Shown here in pieces: positions 12,250-24,869 of a DNA stretch of 64,000 bases. The stretch covers positions 6,262,001 through 6,326,000 of the forward strand of contig OY986947.1 in NCBI GenBank assembly GCA_963920595.1, in the 5' to 3' direction. The position numbers were made by a program, and so were the translations under genes. The stretch comes from Eimeria praecox. Its lineage: Eukaryota. Under the pieces are notes generated by a model. That model did not search any database. It had not been told where the DNA came from and saw only the letters and a list, made by a program, of their open reading frames with translations. Positions within the stretch are counted from its first letter, which is position 1, and each line of letters begins with the position of its first letter.

Positions 12250-14640
12250 CTCACGCTAACCCGGGGGCACAAAGCTGCCTGTACACTTCCCTTTTTCTAT
12301 CATTTTCCAGCCAAAACGCAAGTGTTAAAGAAATCCAATAGCTAAACCTGTCCACAGGAACCCGAACTTTACGACCGAACGGGACTTGGGACACCACCGG
12401 CACAAATAAGTAGATATCTGGAAAGTCATTATGCTTCCCATGTAATCCTTCTCTTGACAAAATTGGTGGTAGTTTAACTTTTTGAGTGCTCCCTCTGTTG
12501 GAAGGTTAAGTGACAATTTGCATCCTTGTTGCATGGCCTGTGTGAAGCTAATATTCGTATCTCTCCCTTATCGGCATCCGCGCTGGCTGCCTATGGAGGC
12601 CATTAAGTGTTTAACGAATGTATGCATTGTGTTGGCTCTTCTTTCATGTGGGGCTGCATGGGAGAATTGGTTGCATCCACGTGCACTGCAACTCAAGAAA
12701 GGCCTCCTTCTCTCCGCACCAGCCCAAGTGTAGCGAACAGCGGTCTGAGCTACCACTACTATTCAGCCACATATATACTTCCATAGGTGCATAGCCGCAC
12801 AAATCCCCTGCACTCCCCTGCACTCAGCGTCTAGCCCATACACACAACCTTAAAACACCAAAATGTCCCCCTTCTCGGGTTAGTCCCTGAAAGGAGGGGC
12901 GTAAAAATAATAGTGATGAGCTGCTGACCCTAGTAGATCAACGCCTCCGTTGCACGTGCCAGTCTCACAGCTGTCGCCCTTCCGTGGGCCAGCTGCAGAG
13001 CGTTATGGGTTACTTGACCAGCTTCACCTTAGCACTACCTGCCTTATTTCTAATAATAAATTCTAGTGATCCGCTAACTAGTTGGGCGTCAAGCGGCCCA
13101 GCTTTTGCATCACTGTAATGCTCGTGCACTATACTCAGGCCATTGGAACGCTTGGCGCAAGGCGCATCGGAACAGGCGGGGAGGCCACATATTTTATGGG
13201 AGCTTATTTCTCAAGTCCTTCGCGCAGTGGCCATTCTCAAATAATCCTGAGAACAATCAAGCTGCCTTTTCCAGTAATAAAGATACCCCATGTAAAATTC
13301 GCGCCTGTAATTTCTGTATGCACCATCGGGACTTCCAACCGAGACGTTGCCATATGCTGAGATCTCAGTGTATATGGCGAATGTATTACAGATATTAGCT
13401 CGTTGACACGACAACATCAAAATACCCAACGAGCTAGACGCCGGTTTCGTGAAATGATCACCAGCTCCGGTTCTTCGTAAACCACCGAACCCACTGCTGC
13501 CATGCCCTGTGAAATAGAAGTTCCTGCTGGATATATTGGGCAGCAGTGCTTTACATAGAGTTCCTCTGCGTTTTCCGCGCATACACTTCCGAGCAAATGA
13601 AAGCCGCACCAACAAAAAATCAGGTGCCGGAGCTCCGGCCCAAGGGCAATGCCCAGTGTCGTGTCAGCGACAGTCGAGCGCGTGCAAAGCATAGATACCA
13701 CCGAACAAGCGGCGAATGCGCGCAAACACAGGAGAGGGTACTAAGAAGTTATGTCGGGTTCTTTGATTGATTTTGCCGCGTGTAGAGCCTCAAATGCTGC
13801 ATCAGTGTCTTCTGTGCACTCTCCCTTTTTGCACGCCGACCTTCTGATTTCAGTATCATGCCACTATCGGCGGCCATCTGCGTTATTAAGCCAATATGCA
13901 TGGCACAAGAAAGCATTAAATCTGTAGCAGCAACGATGCTTCTGGAAACTGTGTAAAATTTCTACGCACGAATAATTGTGAGCAGTCCACTGAACCGTCG
14001 TAACTAAATTCTAGGTGGCGGTTTTGGATGAGCCCCGACGAGTTTAATGCTGTTACAAGATCTGCTTCATTGTAAACCAACTAGTAAGTTCTTCTAGTTC
14101 TCAGACTACATCCGTTTCGGTTCCTAAAGAATTGAGAATAAGCAAGGATTGGGCATGCTGCCCAGCATGGCTGCTCATAGTAAGCTCCCAAGAAGACGTG
14201 CAAACCTACTCCTCTATTTTACTGACCCGGCAGTGAGAAGGTACAATACGAACGTTCAATTCTGCTGTTTGAGCTGAACGCTCAGCAATCGCCTCCTCCT
14301 ACGAAATCTAGCCTGTAGCAACCAAGGTGGGGTACATCCCCTTCTGGTAGGAAAGGCATATCCGTCCATGCAGTAGAGCGGAATCCGTCCTCCCTCTTAT
14401 GAACTTGGCAAAGGGTTAATACGTGCTGCATCGGTATCTAACCAAAACACAGAAAACCACTTCGAAAGAAGGGAATCCTCAGGCACAAAAGAGTCCCGCT
14501 GACCCTGTTGATTGTATAGTAGTGCACGATCCAGTCAAGACAGCTAGCAACCCTTTATCTTGAGCAGTCCGTTTCAGGCGCTTTAATGATCGATGATTTG
14601 TTTAGGTAGTGAAGCGCCTGCCTCACGAGTTGTGTCTACC
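12250..14640 (-). mobile_element. Possible highly decayed retrotransposon-derived sequence
   Basis: Only weak motif echoes on the minus strand: STYLCRW (chromodomain-like) near 12400 and APETDC..QDKGLLAVL (RNase H NYS..E.ELLA-like) near 14540-14580. No intact ORF. Confidence 0.3.
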
Positions 14641-15209
14641 CCACAACTGGCCGCATGAAGCATCATCCTGTGCGGACAGCACTTCTGCTCGCCTTCCCGC
14701 GAACGGTGTGAGTGGGAAGGGATTCATTTGGGGTTCCTCAAGCCGTGCGCTTGCTCACAGTGAGCCGTGACACAATAGGTGTCATAATCTTCTGTGATTC
14801 GGAAAAAGGGCTTGCCGAAATCAAGGAGCGCAAGAACTGATCAGCCTGGCACGTGACTGGCGTGGCCCTCACGTTGCATTCGGTATCTGCCTGCGTCGGT
14901 CCCTCTTAAGTAAATTTGTCCAACAAATGAGAACGCGAGAAAATTCAGGGATGCTGCTGCGGCCGTAATGCGTGAGACCGAGGAGCATGCGAACTTCTGT
15001 GAGAATAAGTCTAAACGGGTAGCTGCAAAGTTCGGCTCACCGCTACCTTCGGTAGGTCCTTTTCGGCCCCTGCAGCAGGGACACCAAAACCTAATAGCGT
15101 AGCTGCCTACATGAAAACAAACATATAGGTGCTAGCGCGTTGCGCTTCTCAAGCATGATTTGCAGGGGATGGCGAACGCGGTGAGGGCAGCGAAGGATCT
15201 TCTCGCCCC

Positions 15210-16068
15210 AATGTTGCTCCTTTTTACTCTGGCATTGTTGCCTTTCTGTGCTGAGGGTTCGGGGAAAAGCCGGTGATTCCTTCAACCTTTGGGAGGATAA
15301 AAACGCCGATTGTATGACCGCATCTCCTCCTTAAGGACCAGTCCACTATGTAAGCCCACGCGTTAACCCGAAAACCAAGAGAGAAGTGCCCTATCCAACC
15401 CAACCCTGGGCGAATTTCTTCGGCCGGTCATTCTCCTACACGCTTAGATGGGCCTATAAACCCAGCAGATCCAAACCGCCTGGGTTGACAGCTACGGCTA
15501 AATGCCATTTGTCACGGCCTTTTGTTTGGCGTACTTGTGCTTGGTTCATGCATTCCCACGCTTGTGCAGATTGTATATGGAAATCAGTGTCTGCCGGGTA
15601 AGGCCCTGAATTTCGAGAGTCAGCTGTAATGTCGGGTAAGAAAATGGTCCTACACTGTACAAGAAGGTTGCGAGAGCAACGAATAGACCAGTTCACTCTT
15701 GCATTGTAAGCCCATTCAGCACAGGGTAAGAAATCAACCCACTTAGATGGATTCCCTTGGGTATAGATTACACTGCTCGTGCAGCGCAAACATTGCACGC
15801 GTACGGCTAGTGCTTTCAGTTTGACAGTCTGCTTCTCCGTCATTCGCGGTGGTCGCGTTATGGTCGATATTAAGCGGCTATATGACCTCAAGGGCAGAAC
15901 GACCTAAAGAAACTCGGGTCCTGGCCAACTTTGATGCATTTCGGAGGCGTGAGGAGCCTTCAGGCCTGATTCATGAACAACTGGACCACTCCTTCAGTTG
16001 CAACTGAATGTGGGAACAGCATGAAATGCGAGTATTTGCCGACTCCGCGCACAGCAACAGCCTTTAAC
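15210..16068 (-). mobile_element. Ty3/Gypsy integrase remnant with frameshifts and stops
   Basis: Minus-strand peptides KYSHFMLFPHSVATEGVVQLF, NPSKWVDFLPCAEWAYNARVNWSIRCS and QAQVRQTKGRDK match the integrase core/C-terminal motifs of the type SKMAHF..., W...LP..E.AYN...HSS...SP and AQ.RQK..AD. Confidence 0.75.
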
Positions 16069-16432
16069 TGTAAAACTCTCTGCGTGGTGTTGATGCCTGT
16101 ACCCCTTCTTACCCTCAGACTAAATACAGAGCACTAAGTAGGCGCTTAAATAGTGTCTATACTGCAATCAACAATGCAACCGCATGCAGCAAAGGGAACG
16201 CGTTGTACGTGCATGTTGAGCTCCCCCGCGGCATTGACTGTAGCAATGGATGTTGCAGCCCATGGGAGGCCAACCTATTTCGCCTTCCAGTCCAGGCCCT
16301 TAAGCTAGGGTGAGCAGGACGCGTTAAGGCTGGTTGAGGGATCATCTGGCTTTTACGAATTCATTATTTAAGTCTAGAACTCTATTGCATCTCGCAACGG
16401 TAATTGAGTAAGGTCGAGGACTCTCAATTACA
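16069..16432 (+). mobile_element. LTR (364 bp, TGTAA...TTACA) followed by a PBS-like TGGTGACACCG at 16435
   Basis: Terminal inverted TGTAA/TTACA. Clear homology to the inverted copy at 26093..26439 (shared GATCATCTGGCTTTTACGAATTCATTATTTAAGTCTAGAACTC). Confidence 0.7.
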
Positions 16433-16585
16433 CTTGGTGACACCGCAAGGTTTACCGATTGTCGAGGAGTCTCGTCACAGGGTATTCCCCTGTAACTCCT
16501 AGCCAGGGATACCAATCCGTTTATGAGGAAATTGCTTTTTCCTAAGCGCAGCGTGGGGCGGAGCGTCGGGGGGACGTCAGCCGCC

Positions 16586-16658
16586 GCCCTTGTGGCGCAA
16601 TGGATAGCGCGTTGGACTTCTAATCCAAAGGTTGCGGGTTCGAGTCCCGCCGGGGGTG
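16586..16658 (+). tRNA. tRNA-Arg(TCT), amplicon copy 1
   Basis: GCCCTTGTGGCGCAATGGATAGCGCG-TTGGA CT TCT AA TCCAA-AGGTT-GCGGG TTCGAGT CCCGC-CGGGGGTG forms a 73-nt cloverleaf with A and B boxes. Confidence 0.93.
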
Positions 16659-17149
16659 CTTTGAAGGAGCGATTGATGCTCGATGGGTTTTAATTTCATC
16701 TACTAAACGCTAAGTCTTAAAGAGTATGACGGACAATTAGCGTAGAACACTGACACAACCTGCGAAAGGCACGTATTGAGATATGTGTCCTGAAAAGCCA
16801 TGGGATAGTTGTTTGCCCACTCCTCCTCAACCGTCTTTGCGTCCTCCACTGTTAGGGGAGTAGGGCAGGTGCCCTCAGAGAAAAAGAGAGGTGAAACTTC
16901 AACGCATCGCCGAGGAAACGACGGTGGGATGCATGCGCTGCATACTTATGGCTCTCCGTAAACAGTTCTAACGGAACACATCGGGGAGCATGACTTTCCC
17001 CGTCTTTTTCTGGTGTGCCTCTATACTATGTAACCCCTTCTCGCCTTTTTTCAGCTATTGATCCACTTCGCAGGCTGTATTAAGTGGCACTAGCAATTCT
17101 TCATCATCAGTATGAGCTGGGATAATCATTGAGCTAACTCGAGGAGGAT

Positions 17150-17480
17150 CTGCGGATGCAGCTGCTATCCCTACTGCCTCCAACACTGTGGCGCAGCTTG
17201 TGTGGGGAGCCAGGAATTTCGCTTGTCGTTTTGCTTGTTCGTGTGGCGGCGCTGCGAATAGTCCCGCTTCTCCACCTCAAGTTTGTTAATGCATCTACAA
17301 TGTCGGATGATGTGGCCTTGTTTATTGCAAAAGAAGCAGAAATGCTCCTCGGCGCACCGTTCCGACTTACTTGGTTTAGATTGCGCTGGCTTCTGTGGAT
17401 TATACCTTAGCTTTTAATTCCCTTCTGTGATAGTCCGGCATTCACAACCCCAATATCCATAGGCTGTGGGTTTGAATCGT
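17150..17480 (-). mobile_element. gag C-terminal remnant with an intact CCHC zinc knuckle, repeated in every amplicon unit
   Basis: Minus strand PQPMDIG motif, then after a stop and frameshift CFFCNKQGHIIRHC (C-X2-C-X4-H-X4-C) at 17297..17338. Copies at 19885..19926, 22473..22514 and 25069..25110. Confidence 0.8.
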
Positions 17481-17789
17481 TGCCCTGCCCTCCCTCTTCC
17501 TTGTCGGCTATGGCGGTCGAAGTGTCATTTTCCCCTTCCTTTATGTGGAGATGTTCCACCATCTAGACACGTTCAAATTCTTTACTGATATTGGGGAAAA
17601 CGAAGAAAAGTGTAAGGCAAGCTAAGGACCTGCCACGAGCTTGAATAGAGTCAAAGGCGTAAGAAAGATCTCGCAAAAAGCACTTGGTCTCTGGTCCAGC
17701 CTCCAGGCATCCTGGGGACCGGTGAGAAAGGGCTTGGGCTGGTGGAAAGATGGGAAGGCTTATTATGGGCTAAAATGCATCGTGCTGCA

Positions 17790-18420
17790 GCTAGTGCTAC
17801 AGGGCAGCTCAACATGCACCCACAACGTCTTGCCCTTCTGGATGGGCTAGCATTGTTGACTGAAATGTAAACCGTGCTTAACCACTTATTCAGTCCTCCC
17901 TAGGCAGCCTGCAAGCAAGTAGGGGTACGAGTAACAGCTTCACGTTGTGCATGCTACATGCGCCCTACCGCCCCCATTCACTGCCAAGTGGCACACGTCC
18001 TTGCCTGTGTGATCGTCCATGAGGAGCAAATGCAAAGGAAAAGGCGAAATATTGGGTAAAAGAACTGATTATCATTCGGGAAGGTGCCGCAGCAGTGTGC
18101 TTCTGCCGCTGCTGACCCGTTGCCCGCGGAAGCGGTATGGCGTGGTCACTGGTCAAGAATGGCAGTTATTGGGAGCAAGCTTTCAGGGCAGGCATCCAAG
18201 GAAAGATAAAAATATGAGGCGTGTTGCTGCCAGGCCTCAGCACCCGTAGCCATATTAACGAGGGAGGCCTCCTCCCAAAGCGGGGGGGCAGCTCAAACAT
18301 ATAGGGAAGTAGAAGTGTCGACAGCATCGCCCTGGCATCTAAGAAGCAGGGTATGAGTTCTAGATCACGAAGGAATGAGAAACAGAGCAAACACGCTCTG
18401 GTTCTCATTCCTCCGGGGTC
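17790..18420 (-). mobile_element. 3' end of a Gypsy element: post-integrase GPF/Y-like remnant, polypurine tract and truncated LTR (repeated in units 1-3)
   Basis: RDLELIP...MLSTLLLP..ELPPRFG resembles RRDxEF..GD.VLLST...KL.PRF.GP. The purine-rich GAATGGGGGCGGTAGGGCGCA directly precedes TGTAGC (17958), which continues into sequence homologous to the LTRs at 16069 and 26093. Confidence 0.55.
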
Positions 18421-19173
18421 CACAGAGATACGTAAATACTTTTATTTTTGAAGACGAAACAACGACAACGTGTGCACGACCACCAAACAGCACATTAAAG
18501 CACATATTTACTGAGCGCCGCTCATGCGTGTTTGTAGTCGCTTCCGCAGAATAGGGAAATCCCGTAGACTGTCCTGAGAAGTGTTTGCACGTGAGCTATC
18601 CTCAGATATCCACTCGGGTTGTGGGTCTACATGCCATTCAGCATAAAATGAACTTCTCTTCTGGCCTCTGCAACTCAATTCACGTGCTTGGAGGAACTTG
18701 TTTGCCCCCGTTGTTCCTTTTTACTCTGGCATTGTTGCCTTTTTGTGCTGAGGGTTCGGGGAAAAGTCGATGATTCCTTCAACCTTTGGGAGGATAAAAA
18801 CACCGATTGTATGACCGCATCTCCTCCTTAAGGACCAGTCCACTATGTAAGCCCACGCGTTAACCCGAAAACCAAGAGAGAAGTGCCCTATCCAACCCAA
18901 CCCTGGGCGAATTTCTTCGGCCGGTCATTCTCCTACACGCTTAGAGGGGCCTATAAACGCAGCAGATCCAAACCGCCTGGGTTGACAGCTACGGCTAAAT
19001 GCCATTTGTCACGGCCTTTTGTTTGGCGTACTTGTGCTTTGTCCATGCGTTCCCACGCTTGTGCAGATTGTATATGGAAATCAGTGTCTGCCGGGTAAGG
19101 CCCTGAATTTATCAGGAAATTGCTTTTTCCTAAGCGCAGCGTGGGGCGGAGCGTCGGGGGGACGTCAGCCGCC

Positions 19174-19246
19174 GCCCTTGTGGCGCAATGGATAGCGCGT
19201 TGGACTTCTAATCCAAAGGTTGCGGGTTCGAGTCCCGCCGGGGGTG
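19174..19246 (+). tRNA. tRNA-Arg(TCT), amplicon copy 2
   Basis: Identical to 16586..16658. Confidence 0.93.
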
Positions 19247-21761
19247 CTTTGAAGGAGCGATTGATGCTCGATGGGTTTTAATTTCATCTACTAAACACTA
19301 AGTCTTAAAGAGTATGTCGGACAATTAGCCTAGAACACTGACATAACCAGCGAAAGGCACGTATTGAGATATGTGTCCTGAAAAGCCATGGGATAGTTGT
19401 TTGCCCACTCCTCCTCAACCGTCTTTGCGTCCTCCACTGTTAGGGGAGTAGGGCAGGTGCCCTCAGAGAAAAAGAGAGGTGAAACTTCAACGCATCGCCG
19501 AGGAAACGGCGGTGGGATGCATGCGCTGCATACTTATGGCTCTCCGTAAACAGTTCTAACGGAACACATCGGGGAGCATGACTTTCCCCGTCTTTTTCTG
19601 GTGTGCCTCTATACTATGTAGCCCCTTCTCGCCTTTTTTCAGCTATTGATCCACTTCGCAGGCTGTATTAAGTGGCACTAGCAATTCTTCATCATCAGTA
19701 TGAGCTGGGATAATCATTGAGCTAACTCGAGGAGGATCTGCGGATGCAACTGCTATCCCTACTGCCTCCAACACTGTGGCGCAGCTTGTGTGGGGAGCCA
19801 GGAATTTCGCTTGTCGTTTTGCTTGTTCGTGTGGCGGCGCTGCGAATAGTCCCGCTTCTCCACCTCAAGTTTGTTAATGCATCTACAATGTCGGGTGATG
19901 TGGCCTTGTTTATTGCAAAAGAAGCAGAAATGCTCCTCGGCGCACCGTTCCGACTTACTTGGTTTAGATTGCGCTGGCTTCTGTGGATTATACCTTAGCT
20001 TTTAATTCCCTTCTGTGATAGTCCGGCATTCACAACCCCAATATCCATAGGCTGTGGGTTTGAATCGTTGCCCTGCCCTCCCTCTTCCTTGTCGGCTATG
20101 GCGGTCGAAGTGTCATTTTCCCCTTCCTTTATGTGGAGATGTTCCACCATCTAGACACGTTCAAATTCTTCACTGATATTGGGGAAAACGAAGAAAAGTG
20201 TAAGGCAAGCTAAGGACCTGCCACGAGCTTGAATAGAGTCAAAGGCGTAAGAAAGATCTCGCAAAAAGCACTTGGTCTCTGGTCCAGCCTCCAGGCATCC
20301 TGGGGACCGGTGAGAAAGGGCTTGGGCTGGTGGAAAGATGGGAAGGCTTATTATGGGCTAAAATGCATCGTGCTGCAGCTAGTGCTACAGGGCAGCTCAA
20401 CATGCACCCACAACGTCTTGCCCTTCTGGATGGGCTAGCATTGTTGACTGAAATGTAAACCGTGCTTAACCACTTATTCAGTCCTCCCTAGGCAGCCTGC
20501 AAGCAAGTAGGGGTACGAGTACCAGCTTCACGTTGTGCATGCTACATGCGCCCTACCGCCCCCATTCACTGCCAAGTGGCACACGTCCTTGCCTGTGTGA
20601 TCGTCCATGAGGAGCAAATGCAAAGGAAAAGGCGAAATATTGGGTAAAAGAACTGATTATCATTCGGGAAGGTGCCGCTGCAGTGTGCTTCTGCCGCTGC
20701 TGACCCGTTGCCCGCGGAAGCGGTATGGCGTGGTCACTGGTCAAGAATGGCAGTTATTGGGAGCAAGCTTTCAGGGCAGGCATCCAAGGAAAGATAAAAA
20801 TATGAGGCGTGTTGCTTCCAGGCCTCAGCACCCGTAGCCGTATTAACGAGGGAGGCCTCCTCCCAAAGCGGGGGGGCAGCTCAAACATATAGGGAAGTAG
20901 AAGTGTCGACAGCATCGCCCTGGCATCTAAGAAGCAGGGTATGAGTTCTAGATCACGAAGGAATGAGAAACAGAGCAAACACGCTCTGGTTCTCATTCCT
21001 CCGGGGTCCACAGAGATACGTAAATACTTTTATTTTTGAAGACGAAACAACGACAACGTGTGCACGACCACCAAACAGCACATTAAAGCACATATTTACT
21101 GAGCGCCGCTCATGCGTGTTTGTAGTCGCTTCCGCAGAATAGGGAAATCCCGTAGACTGTCCTGAGAAGTGTTTGCACGTGAGCTATCCTCAGATATCCA
21201 CTCGGGTTGTGGGTCTACATGCCATTCAGCATAAAATGCACTTCTCTTCTGGCCTCTGCAACTCAATTCACGTGCTTGGAGGAACTTGTTTGCCCCCGTT
21301 GTTCCTTTTTACTCTGGCATTGTTGCCTTTTTGTGCTGAGGGTTCGGGGAAAAGCCGGTGATTCCTTCAACCTTTGGGAGGATAAAAACACCGATTGTAT
21401 GACCGCATCTCCTCCTTAAGGACCAGTCCACTATGTAAGCCCACGCGTTAACCCGAAAACCAAGAGAGAAGTGCCCTATCCAACCCAACCCTGGGCGAAT
21501 TTCTTCGGCCGGTCATTCTCCTACACGCTTAGAGGGGCCTATAAACGCAGCAGATCCAAACCGCCTGGGTTGACAGCTACGGCTAAATGCCATTTGTCAC
21601 GGCCTTTTGTTTGGCGTACTTGTGCTTTGTCCATGCGTTCCCACGCTTGTGCAGATTGTATATGGAAATCAGTGTCTGCCGGGTAAGGCCCTGAATTTAT
21701 CAGGAAATTGCTTTTTCCTAAGCGCAGCGTGGGGCGGAGCGTCGGGGGGACGTCAGCCGCC

Positions 21762-21834
21762 GCCCTTGTGGCGCAATGGATAGCGCGTTGGACTTCTAAT
21801 CCAAAGGTTGCGGGTTCGAGTCCCGCCGGGGGTG
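21762..21834 (+). tRNA. tRNA-Arg(TCT), amplicon copy 3
   Basis: Identical to 16586..16658. Confidence 0.93.
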
Positions 21835-24357
21835 CTTTGAAGGAGCGATTGATGCTCGATGGGTTTTAATTTCATCTACTAAACGCTAAGTCTTAAAGAG
21901 TATGACGGACAATTAGCGTAGAACACTGACACAACCTGCGAAAGGCACGTATTGAGATATGTGTCCTGAAAAGCCATGGGATAGTTGTTTGCCCACTCCT
22001 CCTCAACCGTCTTTGCGTCCTCCACTGTTAGGGGAGTAGGGCAGGTGCCCTCAGAGAAAAAGAGAGGTGAAACTTCAACGCATCGCCGAGGAAACGGCGG
22101 TGGGATGCATGCGCTGCATACTTATGGCTCTCCGTAAACAGTTCTAACGGAACACATCGGGGAGCATGACTTTCCCCGTCTTTTTCTGGTGTGCCTCTAT
22201 ACTATGTAACCCCTTCTCGCCTTTTTTCAGCTATTGATCCACTTCGCAGGCTGTATTAAGTGGCACTAGCAATTCTTCATCATCAGTATGAGCTGGGATA
22301 ATCATTGAGCTAACTCGAGGAGGATCTGCGGATGCAACTGCTATCCCTACTGCCTCCAACACTGTGGCGCAGCTTGTGTGGGGAGCCAGGAATTTCGCTT
22401 GTCGTTTTGCTTGTTCGTGTGGCGGCGCTGCGAATAGTCCCTTTTCTCCACCTCAAGTTTGTTAATGCATCTACAATGTCGGGTGATGTGGCCTTGTTTA
22501 TTGCAAAAGAAGCAGAAATGCTCCTCGGCGCACCGTTCCGACTTACTTGGTTTAGATTGCGCTGGCTTCTGTGGATTATACCTTAGCTTTTAATTCCCTT
22601 CTGTGATAGTCCGGCATTCACAACCCCAATATCCATAGGCTGTGGGTTTGAATCGTTGCCCTGCCCTCCCTCTTCCTTGTCGGCTATGGCGGTCGAAGTG
22701 TCATTTTCCCCTTCCTTTATGTGGAGATGTTCCACCATCTAGACACGTTCAAATTCTTCACTGATATTGGGGAAAACGAAGAAAAGTGTAAGGCAAGCTA
22801 AGGACCTGCCACGAGCTTGAATAGAGTCAAAGGCGTAAGAAAGATCTCGCAAAAAGCACTTGGTCTCTGGTCCAGCCTCCAGGCATCCTGGGGACCGGTG
22901 AGAAAGGGCTTGGGCTGGTGGAAAGATGGGAAGGCTTATTATGGGCTAAAATGCATCGTGCTGCAGCTAGTGCTACAGGGCAGCTCAACATGCACCCACA
23001 ACGTCTTGCCCTTCTGGATGGGCTAGCATTGTTGACTGAAATGTAAACCGTGCTTAACCACTTATTCAGTCCTCCCTAGGCAGCCTGCAAGCAAGTAGGG
23101 GTACGAGTACCAGCTTCACGTTGTGCATGCTACATGCGCCCTACCGCCCCCATTCACTGCCAAGTGGCACACGTCCTTGCCTGTGTGATCGTCCATGAGG
23201 AGCAAATGCAAAGGAAAAGGCGAAATATTGGGTAAAAGAACTGATTATCATTCGGGAAGGTGCCGCTGCAGTGTGCTTCTGCCGCTGCTGACCCGTTGCC
23301 CGCGGAAGCGGTATCACCAAATGGCGTGGTCACTGGTCAAGAATGGCAGTTATTGGGAGCAAGCTTTCAGGGCAGGCATCCAAGGAAAGATAAAAATATG
23401 AGGCGTGTTGCTTCCAGGCCTCAGCACCCGTAGCCGTATTAACGAGGGAGGCCTCCTCCCAAAGCGGGGGGGCAGCTCAAACATATAGGGAAGTAGAAGT
23501 GTCGACAGCATCGCCCTGGCATCTAAGAAGCAGGGTATGAGTTCTAGATCACGAAGGAATGAGAAACAGAGCAAACACGCTCTGGTTCTCATTCCTCCGG
23601 GGTCCACAGAGATACGTAAATACTTTTATTTTTGAAGACGAAACAACGACAACGTGTGCACGACCACCAAACAGCACATTAAAGCACATATTTACTGAGC
23701 GCCGCTCATGCGTGTTTGTAGTCGCTTCCGCAGAATAGGGAAATCCCGTAGACTGTCCTGAGAAGTGTTTGCACGTGAGCTATCCTCAGATATCCACTCG
23801 GGTTGTGGGTCTACATGCCATTCAGCATAAAATGCACTTCTCTTCTGGCCTCTGCAACTCAATTCACGTGCTTGGAGGAACTTGTTTGCCCCCGTTGTTC
23901 CTTTTTACTCTGGCATTGTTGCCTTTTTGTGCTGAGGGTTCGGGGAAAAGTCGGTGATTCCTTCAACCTTTGGGAGGATAAAAACACCGATTGTATGACC
24001 GCATCTCCTCCTTAAGGACCAGTCCACTATGTAAGCCCACGCGTTAACCCGAAAACCAAGAGAGAAGTGCCCTATCCAACCCAACCCTGGGCGAATTTCT
24101 TCGGCCGGTCATTCTCCTACACGTTTAGATGGGCCTATAAACGCAGCAGATCCAAACCGCCTGGGTTGACAGCTACGGCTAAATGCCATTTGTCACGGCC
24201 TTTTGTTTGGCGTACTTGTGCTTTGTCCATGCGTTCCCACGCTTGTGCAGATTGTATATGGAAATCAGTGTCTGCCGGGTAAGGCCCTGAATTTATCAGG
24301 AAATTGCTTTTTCCTAAGCGCAGCGTGGGGCGGAGCGTCGGGGGGACGTCAGCCGCC

Positions 24358-24430
24358 GCCCTTGTGGCGCAATGGATAGCGCGTTGGACTTCTAATCCAA
24401 AGGTTGCGGGTTCGAGTCCCGCCGGGGGTG
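24358..24430 (+). tRNA. tRNA-Arg(TCT), amplicon copy 4
   Basis: Identical to 16586..16658. Confidence 0.93.
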
Positions 24431-24869
24431 CTTTGAAGGAGCGATTGATGCTCGATGGGTTTTAATTTCATCTACTAAACGCTAAGTCTTAAAGAGTATG
24501 TCGGACAATTAGCCTAGAACACTGACATAACCTGCGAAAGGCACGTATTGAGATATGTGTCCTGAAAAGCCATGGGATAGTTGTTTGCCCACTCCTCCTC
24601 AACCGTCTTTGCGTCCTCCACTGTTAGGGGAGTAGGGCAGGTGCCCTCAGAGAAAAAGAGAGGTGAAACTTCAACGCATCGCCGAGGAAACGACGGTGGG
24701 ATGCATGCGCTGCATACTTATGGCTCTCCGTAAACAGTTCTAACGGAACACATCGGGGAGCATGACTTTCCCCGTCTTTTTCTGGTGTGCCTCTATACTA
24801 TGTAACCCCTTCTCGCCTTTTTTCAGCTATTGATCCACTTCGCAGGCTGTATTAAGTGGCACTAGCAAT

